A stretch of DNA of 32,137 bases from Sodaliphilus sp. (lineage in GTDB: Bacteria > Bacillota > Clostridia > Oscillospirales > Ruminococcaceae): positions 4,802 to 36,938 of the forward strand of contig CAVJKI010000001.1 of the NCBI GenBank assembly GCA_963649995.1, written 5' to 3'. The notes beneath the pieces are model-generated. The model did not search any database. It was given only the letters and a program-made list of their open reading frames with translations, and had not been told where the DNA came from. Of the stretch, positions 17,239 through 27,408 are shown in pieces (the first letter of the stretch is position 1; each line of letters starts with the position of its first letter). A program made the translations under genes and the position numbers.

Positions 17239-17284
17239 ATATATAGGGCTTTTTACGGCTCTAAGGCGAAAGGAGGCTTTCAAA

Positions 17285-17776
17285 GTGCCGAAAGAAAAAG
17301 GCGGCAAGAAAAATCAGGCTGAAAAGGTCGAGCAGCTTACCGAACAGAAGGTGCTTCCGATAATCGAGCAGTACGGCTATGAATTATGGGACGTTATCTT
17401 TGAAAAGGAAGGCGCAATGTGGTATCTCAAGGTGCTTTTCGATAAGGCGGACGGCGGCATTGACGATACCGAGTGCGAGGAGATCACAGACCCTCTCAAC
17501 AAGGCGGTCGACACGTTACCGTGCATAGACCTTGTAGATGTGTTCGAGGTGGGCTCGCCCGGACTTGACAGACAGCTGAGAAAGCCTTTCCACTTTGTGA
17601 AAATGAAGGGTGAACGCATTAAGGTCACTGTGCGTGACGAAAACGGCAAGACGGCATATTATGCGGGCGTTCTTGGAGATTACGATGAAAATTCGGGCGA
17701 GTTTACTGTACAGACAGATGACGGCGATATGAGGTTCAATACCGCTAAGTGCAGAAGAATAGCCCTTGACGCATAA
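17285..17776 (+). CDS. rimP: Ribosome maturation factor RimP
   Basis: AAGGAGG SD and GTG 17285. Motifs YELWDV, FEVGSPGLDRQL. First gene of the nusA operon. Confidence 0.92.
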   Translation: MPKEKGGKKNQAEKVEQLTEQKVLPIIEQYGYELWDVIFEKEGAMWYLKVLFDKADGGIDDTECEEITDPLNKAVDTLPCIDLVDVFEVGSPGLDRQLRKPFHFVKMKGERIKVTVRDENGKTAYYAGVLGDYDENSGEFTVQTDDGDMRFNTAKCRRIALDA

Positions 17777-17804
17777 AAAATATATAACGGAGGAATTACT
17801 TAAA

Positions 17805-18917
17805 ATGGCTAACAGCAACACAACGGAGCTTTTTGAGGCTCTGACATTGCTTGCAAAGGAAAAGGGGATAGAACCTGCTGTACTGATAGAAAAGATTCAG
17901 ACAGCGCTCGTTATTGCGATAAAGAAGGAATATCCTAGAAGCGAGAACATCAAGTTTGACATCGACATTGCAAAGGGCAAGTTCGATGTGGCAATCCAGA
18001 AAGAGGTTGCCGAGGAAGTTGAGGACGGCGCAAATCAGATCTCAATGGAAGAAGCAAAGACCCACACACGCAGAAAGCTTGAATACGGCGATATTGTAAC
18101 TATCAAGCTTGACACACAGCATTTCGGAAGAATTGCCGCACAGACTGCAAAGCAGGTAATCAAGCAGGGTCTTAAAGAGATAGAGCGTGAACAGCTCGTA
18201 GCTCAGTGGGGCGGACTTCAGGACGAAGCGGTTACCGTTACGGTGCTGAAGACAGAACCCAGAACAGGCAACGCTACAGTAAATCTCAACGGCAACGAAG
18301 TGCCGCTGTTCAGAAGCGAGCAGATTCCCGGAGAGGTATTGAAGCCCGGCGATATGATAAAGGTTTATGTTTCCGGCGTATCCGCATCGGATCACAGACC
18401 TACACTTAAAATTTCAAGAGTAAACAAGGAGCTTGTAAAGCGCCTGTTTGAAAGCGAAGTACCTGAGATATTCGACGGCACTGTTGAGATAAAGGCTATC
18501 AGCCGTGAGGCAGGCTCACGCTCAAAGGTAGCGGTTATCAGCAACAACCCCGATGTTGACGCACTCGGCGCTTGCATAGGACCCGGCAGACAGCGTATCA
18601 GCAAGGTTTGCGCTGAGCTTGGCGGAGAGAAGATGGACGTTGTTTTCTACAGCGAAAATCCGGAAGAATTTATAGCACAGGCATTAAAGCCCAGCGATGT
18701 TATCAGAGTAGAGATACCCGACCCTGAGGTTAAGGCTTGTGCCGCTATTGTTCCCGACAATCAGCTCTCGCTCGCAATCGGCAATAAGGGACAGAACGCA
18801 AAGCTTGCCGCAAAGCTTACAGGCTTTAAGATCGATATACGTCCCGAAAGCGGTTTCTACGAAGGAATTGAGAGTAAGCAGGATAAGGCTGAGGAAGAAG
18901 CTTCCGCAGAGGATTGA
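17805..18917 (+). CDS. nusA: Transcription termination/antitermination factor NusA
   Basis: Motifs FGRIAAQTAKQ, LFESEVPEI, REAGSRSKVAV, LAIGNKGQNAKLAAKLTG. GGAGG SD and ATG 17805. Confidence 0.97.
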   Translation: MANSNTTELFEALTLLAKEKGIEPAVLIEKIQTALVIAIKKEYPRSENIKFDIDIAKGKFDVAIQKEVAEEVEDGANQISMEEAKTHTRRKLEYGDIVTIKLDTQHFGRIAAQTAKQVIKQGLKEIEREQLVAQWGGLQDEAVTVTVLKTEPRTGNATVNLNGNEVPLFRSEQIPGEVLKPGDMIKVYVSGVSASDHRPTLKISRVNKELVKRLFESEVPEIFDGTVEIKAISREAGSRSKVAVISNNPDVDALGACIGPGRQRISKVCAELGGEKMDVVFYSENPEEFIAQALKPSDVIRVEIPDPEVKACAAIVPDNQLSLAIGNKGQNAKLAAKLTGFKIDIRPESGFYEGIESKQDKAEEEASAED

Positions 18918-18952
18918 CCTGCTTTATGCCGTTGACGAAAGGATGAGTTGCT

Positions 18953-19228
18953 TTGGCAGTTAAAAAGACACCTATGAGAAAATGCGCAGGCTGTGAAGAA
19001 ATGAAAGACAAGAAACAGCTTGTCAGAGTGGTCCACACTCCCGAAGGAGAGTTTATGCTCGATTTTACCGGCAAAAAGTCCGGCAGAGGAGTGTATGTCT
19101 GCAAAAGCCGCAATTGTCTTGAAGCGGCGCAGAAAAAGAGAGGACTTGAACGCTCCCTTAAATGTGCCGTGCCTCAGGAGATATATCTTGAGCTGTTGAA
19201 AAGCATCGAAGAAAGCGACGGTGAATAA
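18953..19228 (+). CDS. ylxR: YlxR/RnpM family RNA-binding protein
   Basis: Motifs PMRKCAGC, KKQLVRVV, GRGVYVC. Conserved position after nusA. Confidence 0.92.
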   Translation: MAVKKTPMRKCAGCEEMKDKKQLVRVVHTPEGEFMLDFTGKKSGRGVYVCKSRNCLEAAQKKRGLERSLKCAVPQEIYLELLKSIEESDGE

Positions 19229-19233
19229 CGGCA

Positions 19234-19539
19234 ATGAATTTTTTGAGTACGCTCGGTCTTTGCAGAAAGTCGGGACGGCTGATACACGGCTTTGATCCTG
19301 TCTGCGATGAACTTAAAAATCCGAAATCCAAAATTGCAGGTGTAATCGTTGCAAAGGACGTTTCGGAGAAAACGCAGAAAGAAATGAATTTTTTCTGTGA
19401 CAAGTACAAGGTAAGATTATTTGTGTGTGCAAACACAATGGACGAGATAAAAAATGTTCTCGGCAAACGCACAGGAGTGCTTGCGGTACTTGACGAGGGC
19501 TTGTTTGCAAGTCTTACGGGCGAGCGTAAAGGGAAATAA
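19234..19539 (+). CDS. ylxQ: L7Ae/L30e family RNA-binding protein (YlxQ-like)
   Basis: Motifs LGLCRKSGRLIHG and VIVAKDVS. Located between ylxR and infB. Confidence 0.85.
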   Translation: MNFLSTLGLCRKSGRLIHGFDPVCDELKNPKSKIAGVIVAKDVSEKTQKEMNFFCDKYKVRLFVCANTMDEIKNVLGKRTGVLAVLDEGLFASLTGERKGK

Positions 19540-19596
19540 GCGGTAGATCCGATTTATATATATAATTCTAAATTAGACCAAAAAGGGGATCAGTGA

Positions 19597-22395
19597 ATGG
19601 ATAAAAAATATCGTGTAAACGAGTTGGCAAAGGACCTTAATGTTTCAACGGGCGACATTACAGATGTCGTGCAGGAATATTTCGGGGTGCAGAAGAAATC
19701 TCAGGCTTCTCTTACGGAAGACGAGCTTTCTGTTGTGCTGGAAAAATATTCTCAGAAAAATCAGGTAAGTAATTTTAATTCATACTTTGCGTCTGCAAAC
19801 AAGCCTAAGGAAGAAAAGAAAGAGGAAAAGGCAGAAAGCAAGCCCGCAAAGAAAACGGAAAAGGCCGAAAAGAAAGCCGAGCCTAAAAAGAAAACTGAAA
19901 AGGCAGAGGTCAAGGCTGAAAGCGAAAGCGCAAAGCCCGCAGAGGCAAAATCAGAGCCGAAAACGGCGGCAAAGACTGAGGCTAAGGCAGATGTAAAATC
20001 AGAAGCCAAGGCAGATGTCAAGGGTGAAAAGCCTGCCGACAGAAAGCCCGCAAATAACCGCAGCGAAAGAGGCGGAGAACGTAACGGTAACCGTAACGAC
20101 AGACCGCAGGGTGACAGAAAGCCTTACGGTGACAGAAACGGCGATCGTAACGGCAATCGTAACGACAGACAGTTCGGCGACAGAAAGCCCTACAGCGACA
20201 GAAACAACGACCGTGGCGACAGACAGTACGGCGACCGTAACAATGACAGAAGAAACGATAACAGAAACGGCTATCAGGGCAGGAACGACCGCAGGGATCA
20301 AAAGCCCGTACAGCAGACAGCTCCGACACAGCCCGTTATCGACCTTGCAAACATAAAGACAAACGCACCTCCGACAAAGCACGTCAAGGGCGAAGCCGTA
20401 CAGAGAGGCGAGCAGGTCACAAAGCACGTTGATACAAGAGGAAGCTATGTAAACCTTGACAAGTACAACGAAAAGTATGAAACGATCGCTTCAACCGAGG
20501 GCGGCAACAGACGTCAGAATGACGCTTATACAAAGAAGCAGAAGATAAACCAGAAATCCCAGAAGGGCAAACAGCAGTTCAGCAAGAAGAAGGAAACCGA
20601 GGCTCAGAAGCTGAAGCGCCTTGAGCTTGAAAAGGCAAGAAAGAAACAGCTTGAGATACAGGTCCCCGACGAGATAGTTGTATCCGAGCTTGCATCACGT
20701 CTTAAGGTTACTGCCGCTGACGTTATAAAGAAGCTGTTCGGACTTGGTGTAATGGTTACTATAAACCAGTCGGTTGACTATGATACGGCTTGTATCGTAG
20801 CGGAAGAATTCGGCGCAAAGGTTACCAAGGAAGTTGTAGTTTCCATCGAGGAGCGTCTGTTTGAAGAAGTTGAGGATACAGATGAAAACTTACAGCCCCG
20901 TTCGCCTGTCGTTGTCGTTATGGGTCACGTTGACCACGGTAAGACATCTCTGCTTGATAAGATCAGAAATGCAAACGTTACCGCAGGCGAGGCAGGCGGT
21001 ATCACACAGCATATAGGCGCTTACAGAGTAAAGGCAGGCGGCAGGGATATTACATTCCTTGATACGCCCGGACATGAAGCTTTCACAGCTATGCGTGCAA
21101 GAGGTGCGCTCGCTACGGATATAGCCATACTCGTTGTTGCGGCTGACGACGGTATCATGCCGCAGACGGTTGAAGCAATTAACCACGCCAAGGCGGCTAA
21201 CCTGTCAATCATCGTTGCGATAAACAAGATGGATAAGCCTGCGGCAAATCCCGACAAGGTAAAGCAGGAGCTTACTGAACACGGTCTTGTATGCGAGGAA
21301 TGGGGCGGCGATGTTATCTGCGTTCCCGTATCCGCAAAGACGGGCGAGGGTATAGATGAGCTGCTCGAAATGGTAAACCTTACGGCAGATGTGCTTGAGC
21401 TTAAGGCTAACCCCGACAGACTTGCAAAGGGCGTTGTCATTGAGGCAAGAATCGATAAGGGCAGAGGTCCTATCGCTACTGTTCTTGTACAGGCAGGTAC
21501 GCTCCACACAGGCGATACCATTATCGCAGGTACTGCTGTCGGACGTGTGCGTGTAATGCGTGACGACAAGGGAAGAACAGTAAAGGAAGCAGGTCCTTCT
21601 GTTCCCGTTGAGATCATGGGTCTTGCGGAAGTTCCCAGCGCAGGCGATGACTTTGCGGCTGTAGAAGATGAAAAGCTTGCAAGAGAGCTTGTTGAAAAGA
21701 GAAAGTTTGACGCTAAGGAAGAACAGTTCAAGCTCTATAAGAAGGTCAGCCTTGATAATCTGTTCTCACAGATCGAAGAAGGCTCAATGAAGAAGCTCCC
21801 CATCATCATAAAGGCTGACGTACAGGGCTCTGTAGAGGCGGTTTCACAGTCGCTGTCAAAGCTTTCAAACGAAGAAGTAAGAGTTGAGGTAATACATGGC
21901 GCTGTCGGTGCAGTAACAGAAAGCGACGTTATGCTTGCAAAGGCATCGGGTGCTATCATAGTAGGCTTTAACGTAAGACCTCACCCCGCCGCTGCCGAGA
22001 ATGCAAAGCGTGACGGCGTAGATATAAGACTTTACAGAGTTATCTATGACGCTATCGAGGAAATGCAGACAGCTATGAAGGGTATGCTTGCTCCCAAGTA
22101 CAGAGAGGTCGATACGGGACGTGTTGAGGTAAGACAGGTAATGAAGCTGTCAAGCGTCGGCATAGTAGCAGGCTCTTATGTTCTTGACGGCAAGGTACAG
22201 AGAAACGGTGAGGTAAGAGTTGTACGTGACGGTATAATCGTTGCCGTTGACAAGATAGCAGGCTTACGTCGCTTCAAGGACGATGTAAAGGAAGTAGCCG
22301 CAGGCTACGAGTGCGGTATCACGCTTGAAAAGTTCACCGACATAAAGGAAGGCGACATATTTGAAGCGTTTGTTACCGAGGAGTACAGAGATTAA
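19597..22395 (+). CDS. infB: Translation initiation factor IF-2
   Basis: Motifs [38 protein letters not shown]. Low-complexity K/E/A and DRN-rich N-terminal linker. Confidence 0.98.
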   Translation: MDKKYRVNELAKDLNVSTGDITDVVQEYFGVQKKSQASLTEDELSVVLEKYSQKNQVSNFNSYFASANKPKEEKKEEKAESKPAKKTEKAEKKAEPKKKTEKAEVKAESESAKPAEAKSEPKTAAKTEAKADVKSEAKADVKGEKPADRKPANNRSERGGERNGNRNDRPQGDRKPYGDRNGDRNGNRNDRQFGDRKPYSDRNNDRGDRQYGDRNNDRRNDNRNGYQGRNDRRDQKPVQQTAPTQPVIDLANIKTNAPPTKHVKGEAVQRGEQVTKHVDTRGSYVNLDKYNEKYETIASTEGGNRRQNDAYTKKQKINQKSQKGKQQFSKKKETEAQKLKRLELEKARKKQLEIQVPDEIVVSELASRLKVTAADVIKKLFGLGVMVTINQSVDYDTACIVAEEFGAKVTKEVVVSIEERLFEEVEDTDENLQPRSPVVVVMGHVDHGKTSLLDKIRNANVTAGEAGGITQHIGAYRVKAGGRDITFLDTPGHEAFTAMRARGALATDIAILVVAADDGIMPQTVEAINHAKAANLSIIVAINKMDKPAANPDKVKQELTEHGLVCEEWGGDVICVPVSAKTGEGIDELLEMVNLTADVLELKANPDRLAKGVVIEARIDKGRGPIATVLVQAGTLHTGDTIIAGTAVGRVRVMRDDKGRTVKEAGPSVPVEIMGLAEVPSAGDDFAAVEDEKLARELVEKRKFDAKEEQFKLYKKVSLDNLFSQIEEGSMKKLPIIIKADVQGSVEAVSQSLSKLSNEEVRVEVIHGAVGAVTESDVMLAKASGAIIVGFNVRPHPAAAENAKRDGVDIRLYRVIYDAIEEMQTAMKGMLAPKYREVDTGRVEVRQVMKLSSVGIVAGSYVLDGKVQRNGEVRVVRDGIIVAVDKIAGLRRFKDDVKEVAAGYECGITLEKFTDIKEGDIFEAFVTEEYRD

Positions 22396-22775
22396 TGGCA
22401 AATTTCAATACAGCAAGACTTGCCGAGGATATTAAACGTGAAATATCCACAGCCATGCGTGATATAAAGGACAGCACCGTAGCAAACGCTATGGTCGGCG
22501 TATCACGCTGTGAGCTGACAAGCGATTTATCCTACTGCAAGGTTTATATTACGACGCTTAAGGGAGGCGACACTACAAAGACTGTTGCCGAGCATCTTAA
22601 AAAAGCCGAGGGCTTTTTCAAGAGAAAAATCAATGAGCGTGTAAAAATGCGTAAGCTTCCTCAGCTGATATTTGTTCCCGATAACTCAATGGATTATTAC
22701 GAGCATATCAGCGAGGTTATAAGCAAGCTGCCAAAGCCTGCCGAGACCGCCGATAACGGCGACGACGAAAGGTAA
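22395..22775 (+). CDS. rbfA: Ribosome-binding factor A
   Basis: Motifs DLSYCKVY and KMRKLPQLIFVPDNS. Translationally coupled to infB. Confidence 0.95.
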   Translation: MANFNTARLAEDIKREISTAMRDIKDSTVANAMVGVSRCELTSDLSYCKVYITTLKGGDTTKTVAEHLKKAEGFFKRKINERVKMRKLPQLIFVPDNSMDYYEHISEVISKLPKPAETADNGDDER

Positions 22776-22781
22776 GTGTCA

Positions 22782-23744
22782 ATGATAACAGACGTAAAAA
22801 AAGCGGCAGAGATACTGAAAAACAATGACGATTTTCTGATACTGTCACACGCAAACCCTGATGGTGATACGTTGGGCTGTGCATATGGACTTTGCGGAAT
22901 ACTCCAGAAGATGGGTAAGCGTGCAAAGGTTATGTGTGCCGACGAGATAGCACCCCGTATGGAGTTTTTGCGTGATACGGTAATACAGCAGAGCTTTGAA
23001 GAAAAGATCGTAGTAAGCGTAGATGTTGCGGACAGAAAGCTGCTCGGCAACCTGGACGCTGTATACGGAGATAAGGTTTATCTTGCTATAGACCATCATG
23101 AGAGCAGGCAGGAGTTTGCACGGTATACGCTGGTAGACCCCTGCGCCGCTGCCGCCTGCGAGCTTATTTTCCAGATAGCTGAGGAAATGGGCACACAGCT
23201 TGACGGCGAGATAGCGTCCTGCCTTTATACAGGACTTGCTACCGATACAGGCTGCTTCAAGTATTCAAACACGACAGGCAGAACTCATATAATAGCGGCA
23301 AGGCTTATGGCTTATGACTTTGACGTATCGGGTATCAATTACAGATTATTCGATATGAAGTCAAAGGGCAGACTGGAGCTTGAACAGGCTATCACTCAGG
23401 GAATGGAGTTTTTCTGTGATGACAGGATAGCAATAGTATGGCTTACAACCGAGCTTATGGAGCGCTTTGCAGGCAGGGTTGACAGCGAGGACTTCAACGG
23501 TCTTGCAAGTCTGCCCCGTCAGGTAGAGGGCGTAATTCTCGGTGCTACAGTAAAGCAGAAGGGTCCTTCAACCTTTAAGGTGTCTGTCAGAACGGCAGAG
23601 CCGATAAACGCAGGAAGCGTCTGCGCCCTGTTCGGTGGAGGAGGCCATGCGAGAGCGGCAGGCTGTACTATAGAGGGAAGCATTGAATTTGTAAGAGCAA
23701 AGTTGCTTCCCGTATTTGAAAAGGCACTGAAAGCAAATGAATGA
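22782..23744 (+). CDS. nrnA: DHH/DHHA1 phosphoesterase (NrnA-like oligoribonuclease/pAp phosphatase)
   Basis: Motifs HANPDGD, IDHH, TDTGCF, SVR, GGGGHARAAG. An alternative GTG start lies at 22776. Confidence 0.9.
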   Translation: MITDVKKAAEILKNNDDFLILSHANPDGDTLGCAYGLCGILQKMGKRAKVMCADEIAPRMEFLRDTVIQQSFEEKIVVSVDVADRKLLGNLDAVYGDKVYLAIDHHESRQEFARYTLVDPCAAAACELIFQIAEEMGTQLDGEIASCLYTGLATDTGCFKYSNTTGRTHIIAARLMAYDFDVSGINYRLFDMKSKGRLELEQAITQGMEFFCDDRIAIVWLTTELMERFAGRVDSEDFNGLASLPRQVEGVILGATVKQKGPSTFKVSVRTAEPINAGSVCALFGGGGHARAAGCTIEGSIEFVRAKLLPVFEKALKANE

Positions 23745-24636
23745 GATAAACGGCGTTATCTGTATAAATAAGCCGCAGGATTTCACCTCGTTTGATGTTG
23801 TGGCTATAATGAGAAGATCAACAGGTACGAGAAAAATAGGCCACGGCGGAACGCTTGATCCTATGGCGACGGGCGTTTTGCCGATATATATCGGCAGGGC
23901 GGCAAAAACCGCCGATCTGAATCCTGTCAGCGATAAGAAATACCGTGCAACATTCAGACTTGGCGTTACGACTGATACCGAGGACGTGTGGGGCAAGGTG
24001 CTGACTGAGGATGAAAAGCCGGTAACGCTTGCAGAAATATCCGATGCGGTAAATTCCATGCAGGGCGATATAATGCAGACACCGCCTATGTATTCAGCGA
24101 TAAAGGTCAACGGCAGGCGGCTCTATGACCTTGCAAGACAGGGAATAGAGATAGAGCGTGCCGCACGTCCCGTTACCGTCTATTCGATAGAATTATCGGA
24201 CTATGACGAAGAAAAGAGGACAGGCACTCTTGATATTCATTGCTCGAAAGGCACTTATATCCGCACGATCATAAGCGATATAGGAAAGAAGCTCGGCACG
24301 GGTGCGATCATGACATCGCTGTGCCGTACAATGGCGGCAGGCTTTACGCTTGACGATTGCCATGATATAGAAACACTTCGCAATATGCCGTCCGAGGATA
24401 CAGCAAAGCTTGTTATCCCGACAGAGCGTGTTTTCTCGTGCTATGATGAAGCAAGCCTTGACGATACACAAAAAAAGCTGTTCATGAACGGCATGATGCT
24501 TGACTGTGGAAGAATGGATATTTCTTATCCCGCAGGCACATATCTGCGCCTTAAGCACGGTGATACGTTTATAGGCGTAGCAAGGGTCAATGAGGAAAAC
24601 GGGCTGAAAAGCGTTTATCTCAATATATTATCGTAA
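23737..24636 (+). CDS. truB: tRNA pseudouridine(55) synthase
   Basis: Motifs KIGHGGTLDPMATG, PPMYSAIKVNGRRLY, CSKGTYIR. Confidence 0.97.
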   Translation: MNEINGVICINKPQDFTSFDVVAIMRRSTGTRKIGHGGTLDPMATGVLPIYIGRAAKTADLNPVSDKKYRATFRLGVTTDTEDVWGKVLTEDEKPVTLAEISDAVNSMQGDIMQTPPMYSAIKVNGRRLYDLARQGIEIERAARPVTVYSIELSDYDEEKRTGTLDIHCSKGTYIRTIISDIGKKLGTGAIMTSLCRTMAAGFTLDDCHDIETLRNMPSEDTAKLVIPTERVFSCYDEASLDDTQKKLFMNGMMLDCGRMDISYPAGTYLRLKHGDTFIGVARVNEENGLKSVYLNILS

Positions 24637-24671
24637 ATTTCCCATGTAATGCGGGACACGGAGGTTTTTTC

Positions 24672-25562
24672 TTGATCGACATTACCGAAAATATAATACC
24701 CATCCCGCCGACAGCGACAGCGCTCGGATTTTTTGACGGCTTACATCTGGGACACATGAAGGTCGTGGAGGAATGTTTCAGGCATGACGGCTTATGCCCT
24801 GCAATGTTCACATTTCACAGCGATACTGCACTGCCGAAACGGGAAAAGATAGAAAATCTGCTTACAAACGACATGAAGCTTGAAAAGCTCGATGAGGCAG
24901 GCGTGAAATACATCTACTCACCCGATTTCAATTCTGTGTGCGATTATACCGCACGGGACTTTATAGAAAAGGTTCTCGTAAGGATAATGAACGCAAGGGT
25001 CGTTGTATGCGGTTTTGATTTCAGGCTCGGTGCAGGCGGCGGAAGCAATGCGGACGAGCTTAAAGAAATATGCCGTGAATACGGTATAGACGTTGTTATA
25101 ATACCGCCGTTCAGCCTTGACGGCTGTGTGGTACATTCCACGGCGATAAAAAATCTGATAAAATCGGGAGAAATAGCAAAGGCAAATAAGCGCCTCGGCT
25201 ATGATTTTTCAATTGAGGGCGAGGTCATTGAGGGCAACCGCATAGGCAGGACTATCGGCAGTCCGACTATAAACCAGCTTTTCCCCGATAATATAGTTAT
25301 GCCGAAGTTCGGCGTATACAAAAGCGTTACTTACCTTGACGGCAAAATAATGCCGTCGGTTACAAATGTAGGAGTAAAGCCGACTGTGGGATATAAGGAC
25401 AGTCCGCTTGCAGAAACGCATATAATGGATTATGACGGTGACCTTTACGGCAGAAGGCTTCGTATATCGTTGCTTGATTTTATCCGTCCCGAACGCCGCT
25501 TTGAAAGCGTTGCAGAGCTGAAAAGTCAGCTTGACAGGGATAAGATGAGTGCAAAGCGATAA
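24672..25562 (+). CDS. ribF: Bifunctional riboflavin kinase/FAD synthetase
   Basis: Motifs GFFDGLHLGH, GFDFRLG, GRTIGSPTIN, NVGVKPTV, ETHI, IRPERRF. GGAGG SD and TTG start. Confidence 0.95.
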   Translation: MIDITENIIPIPPTATALGFFDGLHLGHMKVVEECFRHDGLCPAMFTFHSDTALPKREKIENLLTNDMKLEKLDEAGVKYIYSPDFNSVCDYTARDFIEKVLVRIMNARVVVCGFDFRLGAGGGSNADELKEICREYGIDVVIIPPFSLDGCVVHSTAIKNLIKSGEIAKANKRLGYDFSIEGEVIEGNRIGRTIGSPTINQLFPDNIVMPKFGVYKSVTYLDGKIMPSVTNVGVKPTVGYKDSPLAETHIMDYDGDLYGRRLRISLLDFIRPERRFESVAELKSQLDRDKMSAKR

Positions 25563-25672
25563 TTACACCGTACTGTCACACAGGTTTCACCTGTATAAGT
25601 TAAAATATAGCAGATGTGCGCAGGGCGGGTATAGTTATGCCCTGCCGTATACTTCATTTTAAGGAGCAGAAA

Positions 25673-26656
25673 ATGATAGAAGTAAAAAATCTGACTAAGC
25701 GTTACGGCTCTAAAACGGCAGTCAGCAATGTTTCCTTTACCGCCGAAGAAAGCGAGATACTCGGCTTCCTCGGACCTAACGGTGCAGGAAAATCAACTAC
25801 CATGAATATCCTTACGGGTTATCTTTCCTCAACAGAGGGCGAGGCAAAGATAAACGGTATAGATATTCTGGAGGAGCCTGTAAAAGCAAAGCAAATGATT
25901 GGCTATCTTCCCGAACAGCCCCCGTTATATCTTGATATGACGGTTATGGAATATCTGAAGTTCGTTTACGGACTTAAGAAGTGTAAGTTGCCGATAAATT
26001 CCCATCTTAAAGAGATTTGCAATCTTGTAAAGATCACAGATGTAAAGGATCGTGTTATCAAGAACCTTTCAAAGGGTTACAAACAGCGTGTAGGTCTTGC
26101 ACAGGCACTTGTCGGAAATCCCCCGGTGCTTATTCTTGACGAGCCTACGGTCGGACTTGACCCCAAGCAGATAATCGAGATAAGAGCGCTTATAAAAAAG
26201 CTCGGCAAGAATCATACGGTTATCCTGTCAAGCCATATACTCCCTGAAATTCAGGCAGTATGCGATAAGATAGTAATTATCAACAGGGGTAAGGTCGTTG
26301 CAAACGACAGTGCGGACAACCTTGCAAGAAATATGTCGGCTGACCATAAGCTGGTTATCCGTTGCGAAGGAAATCCCGCTGAGGTTAAGAAGCTTCTTTC
26401 GGCGATCCCCGGTATGGACGAAGTATTTGTCAACAGGGAGAATGTCGAGGATGGCGTCAGCGAATACTTCCTTAATGCAAAGCCCGGCACAGATATTCGC
26501 CGTGAGGTGTCAAAGCGCCTTGCTTCAAGAAATTACACGCTCCTTATGATGAAATCAAGCGAGCTTACTCTTGAAGAAGTATTCCTCAAGATTACTACCG
26601 GTGATATTTACGGCAATGTCGGCGACAGCGTTGATAAGCTGAAGCTGTCTAAGTAA
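25673..26656 (+). CDS. ABC transporter ATP-binding protein (GldA-like)
   Basis: AAGGAG SD and ATG 25673. Motifs GPNGAGKST, LSKGYKQR, ILDEPTVGLDP, SSHIL. Confidence 0.93.
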   Translation: MIEVKNLTKRYGSKTAVSNVSFTAEESEILGFLGPNGAGKSTTMNILTGYLSSTEGEAKINGIDILEEPVKAKQMIGYLPEQPPLYLDMTVMEYLKFVYGLKKCKLPINSHLKEICNLVKITDVKDRVIKNLSKGYKQRVGLAQALVGNPPVLILDEPTVGLDPKQIIEIRALIKKLGKNHTVILSSHILPEIQAVCDKIVIINRGKVVANDSADNLARNMSADHKLVIRCEGNPAEVKKLLSAIPGMDEVFVNRENVEDGVSEYFLNAKPGTDIRREVSKRLASRNYTLLMMKSSELTLEEVFLKITTGDIYGNVGDSVDKLKLSK

Positions 26657-26675
26657 TCGGAAAGGCGGAATAAGA

Positions 26676-27380
26676 ATGTTTGCAATATTTAAAAGAGAAT
26701 TAAGAGCATATTTCACATCGCCGCTCGGCTATGTGTTCCTTGCTATTTTCTACGCATTTTCCGGACTGTTCTTCTATATATTCGCTCTGTCGGTTGGCTC
26801 AACGGATATATCGAGCGTATTCCTGATGATGTTTATGGTACTTATGGTATTTGTTCCTCTGCTTACGATGCGACTTTTGTCGGAGGATAAAAAGCAGAAA
26901 ACAGACCAGCTGACTTTAACGACTCCCGTAAGTCTTTTATCAATAGTAATGGGTAAATTCCTTGCCGCTTATGCTATATTTGCGATCGGTGTTGCGGTAA
27001 TGCCGGTTTACGGCTTTGTAATGTCTACGTTTGCTACTGTTTCGTGGCTTCCCATCTGGGGTAATACGGTAGGACTTCTGCTGCTCGGCGGTATATTCGT
27101 TTCTATCGGTCTGTTCGTATCATCGCTTACCGAAAATCAGATGATCGCAGCAATAGGCAGTTTCTTTATCAATCTTATGATACTGCTCATGAACACGCTT
27201 ACAAGCGCGCTTCCCACAGGATTTTTCAAGGATGTGCTTTCAAGCATTTCGGTATACTCAAGATATTCCGAGATAACAAACGGAATATTCAGCCTTTCAA
27301 GTCTGATATTCTTTGTAAGCGTTATCTTCATTTTCCTGTTCCTTACGGTAAGGGTACTTGAAAAGCGCCGTTGGGCATAA
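26676..27380 (+). CDS. ABC-2 type permease (GldF-like)
   Basis: About 6 TM helices. Motifs MFAIFKRELRAYFTSPLGY, LTMRLLSEDKKQKT, SSLTENQMIAA. Confidence 0.88.
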   Translation: MFAIFKRELRAYFTSPLGYVFLAIFYAFSGLFFYIFALSVGSTDISSVFLMMFMVLMVFVPLLTMRLLSEDKKQKTDQLTLTTPVSLLSIVMGKFLAAYAIFAIGVAVMPVYGFVMSTFATVSWLPIWGNTVGLLLLGGIFVSIGLFVSSLTENQMIAAIGSFFINLMILLMNTLTSALPTGFFKDVLSSISVYSRYSEITNGIFSLSSLIFFVSVIFIFLFLTVRVLEKRRWA

Positions 27381-27408
27381 GCGATGACTACGATAAAGGA
27401 GAAAACGC

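Noticed and set aside
19800..20295. Tandem K/E/A and GDRN-type repeats in infB
   Set aside because: This is the ordinary low-complexity, variable IF-2 N-terminal linker.
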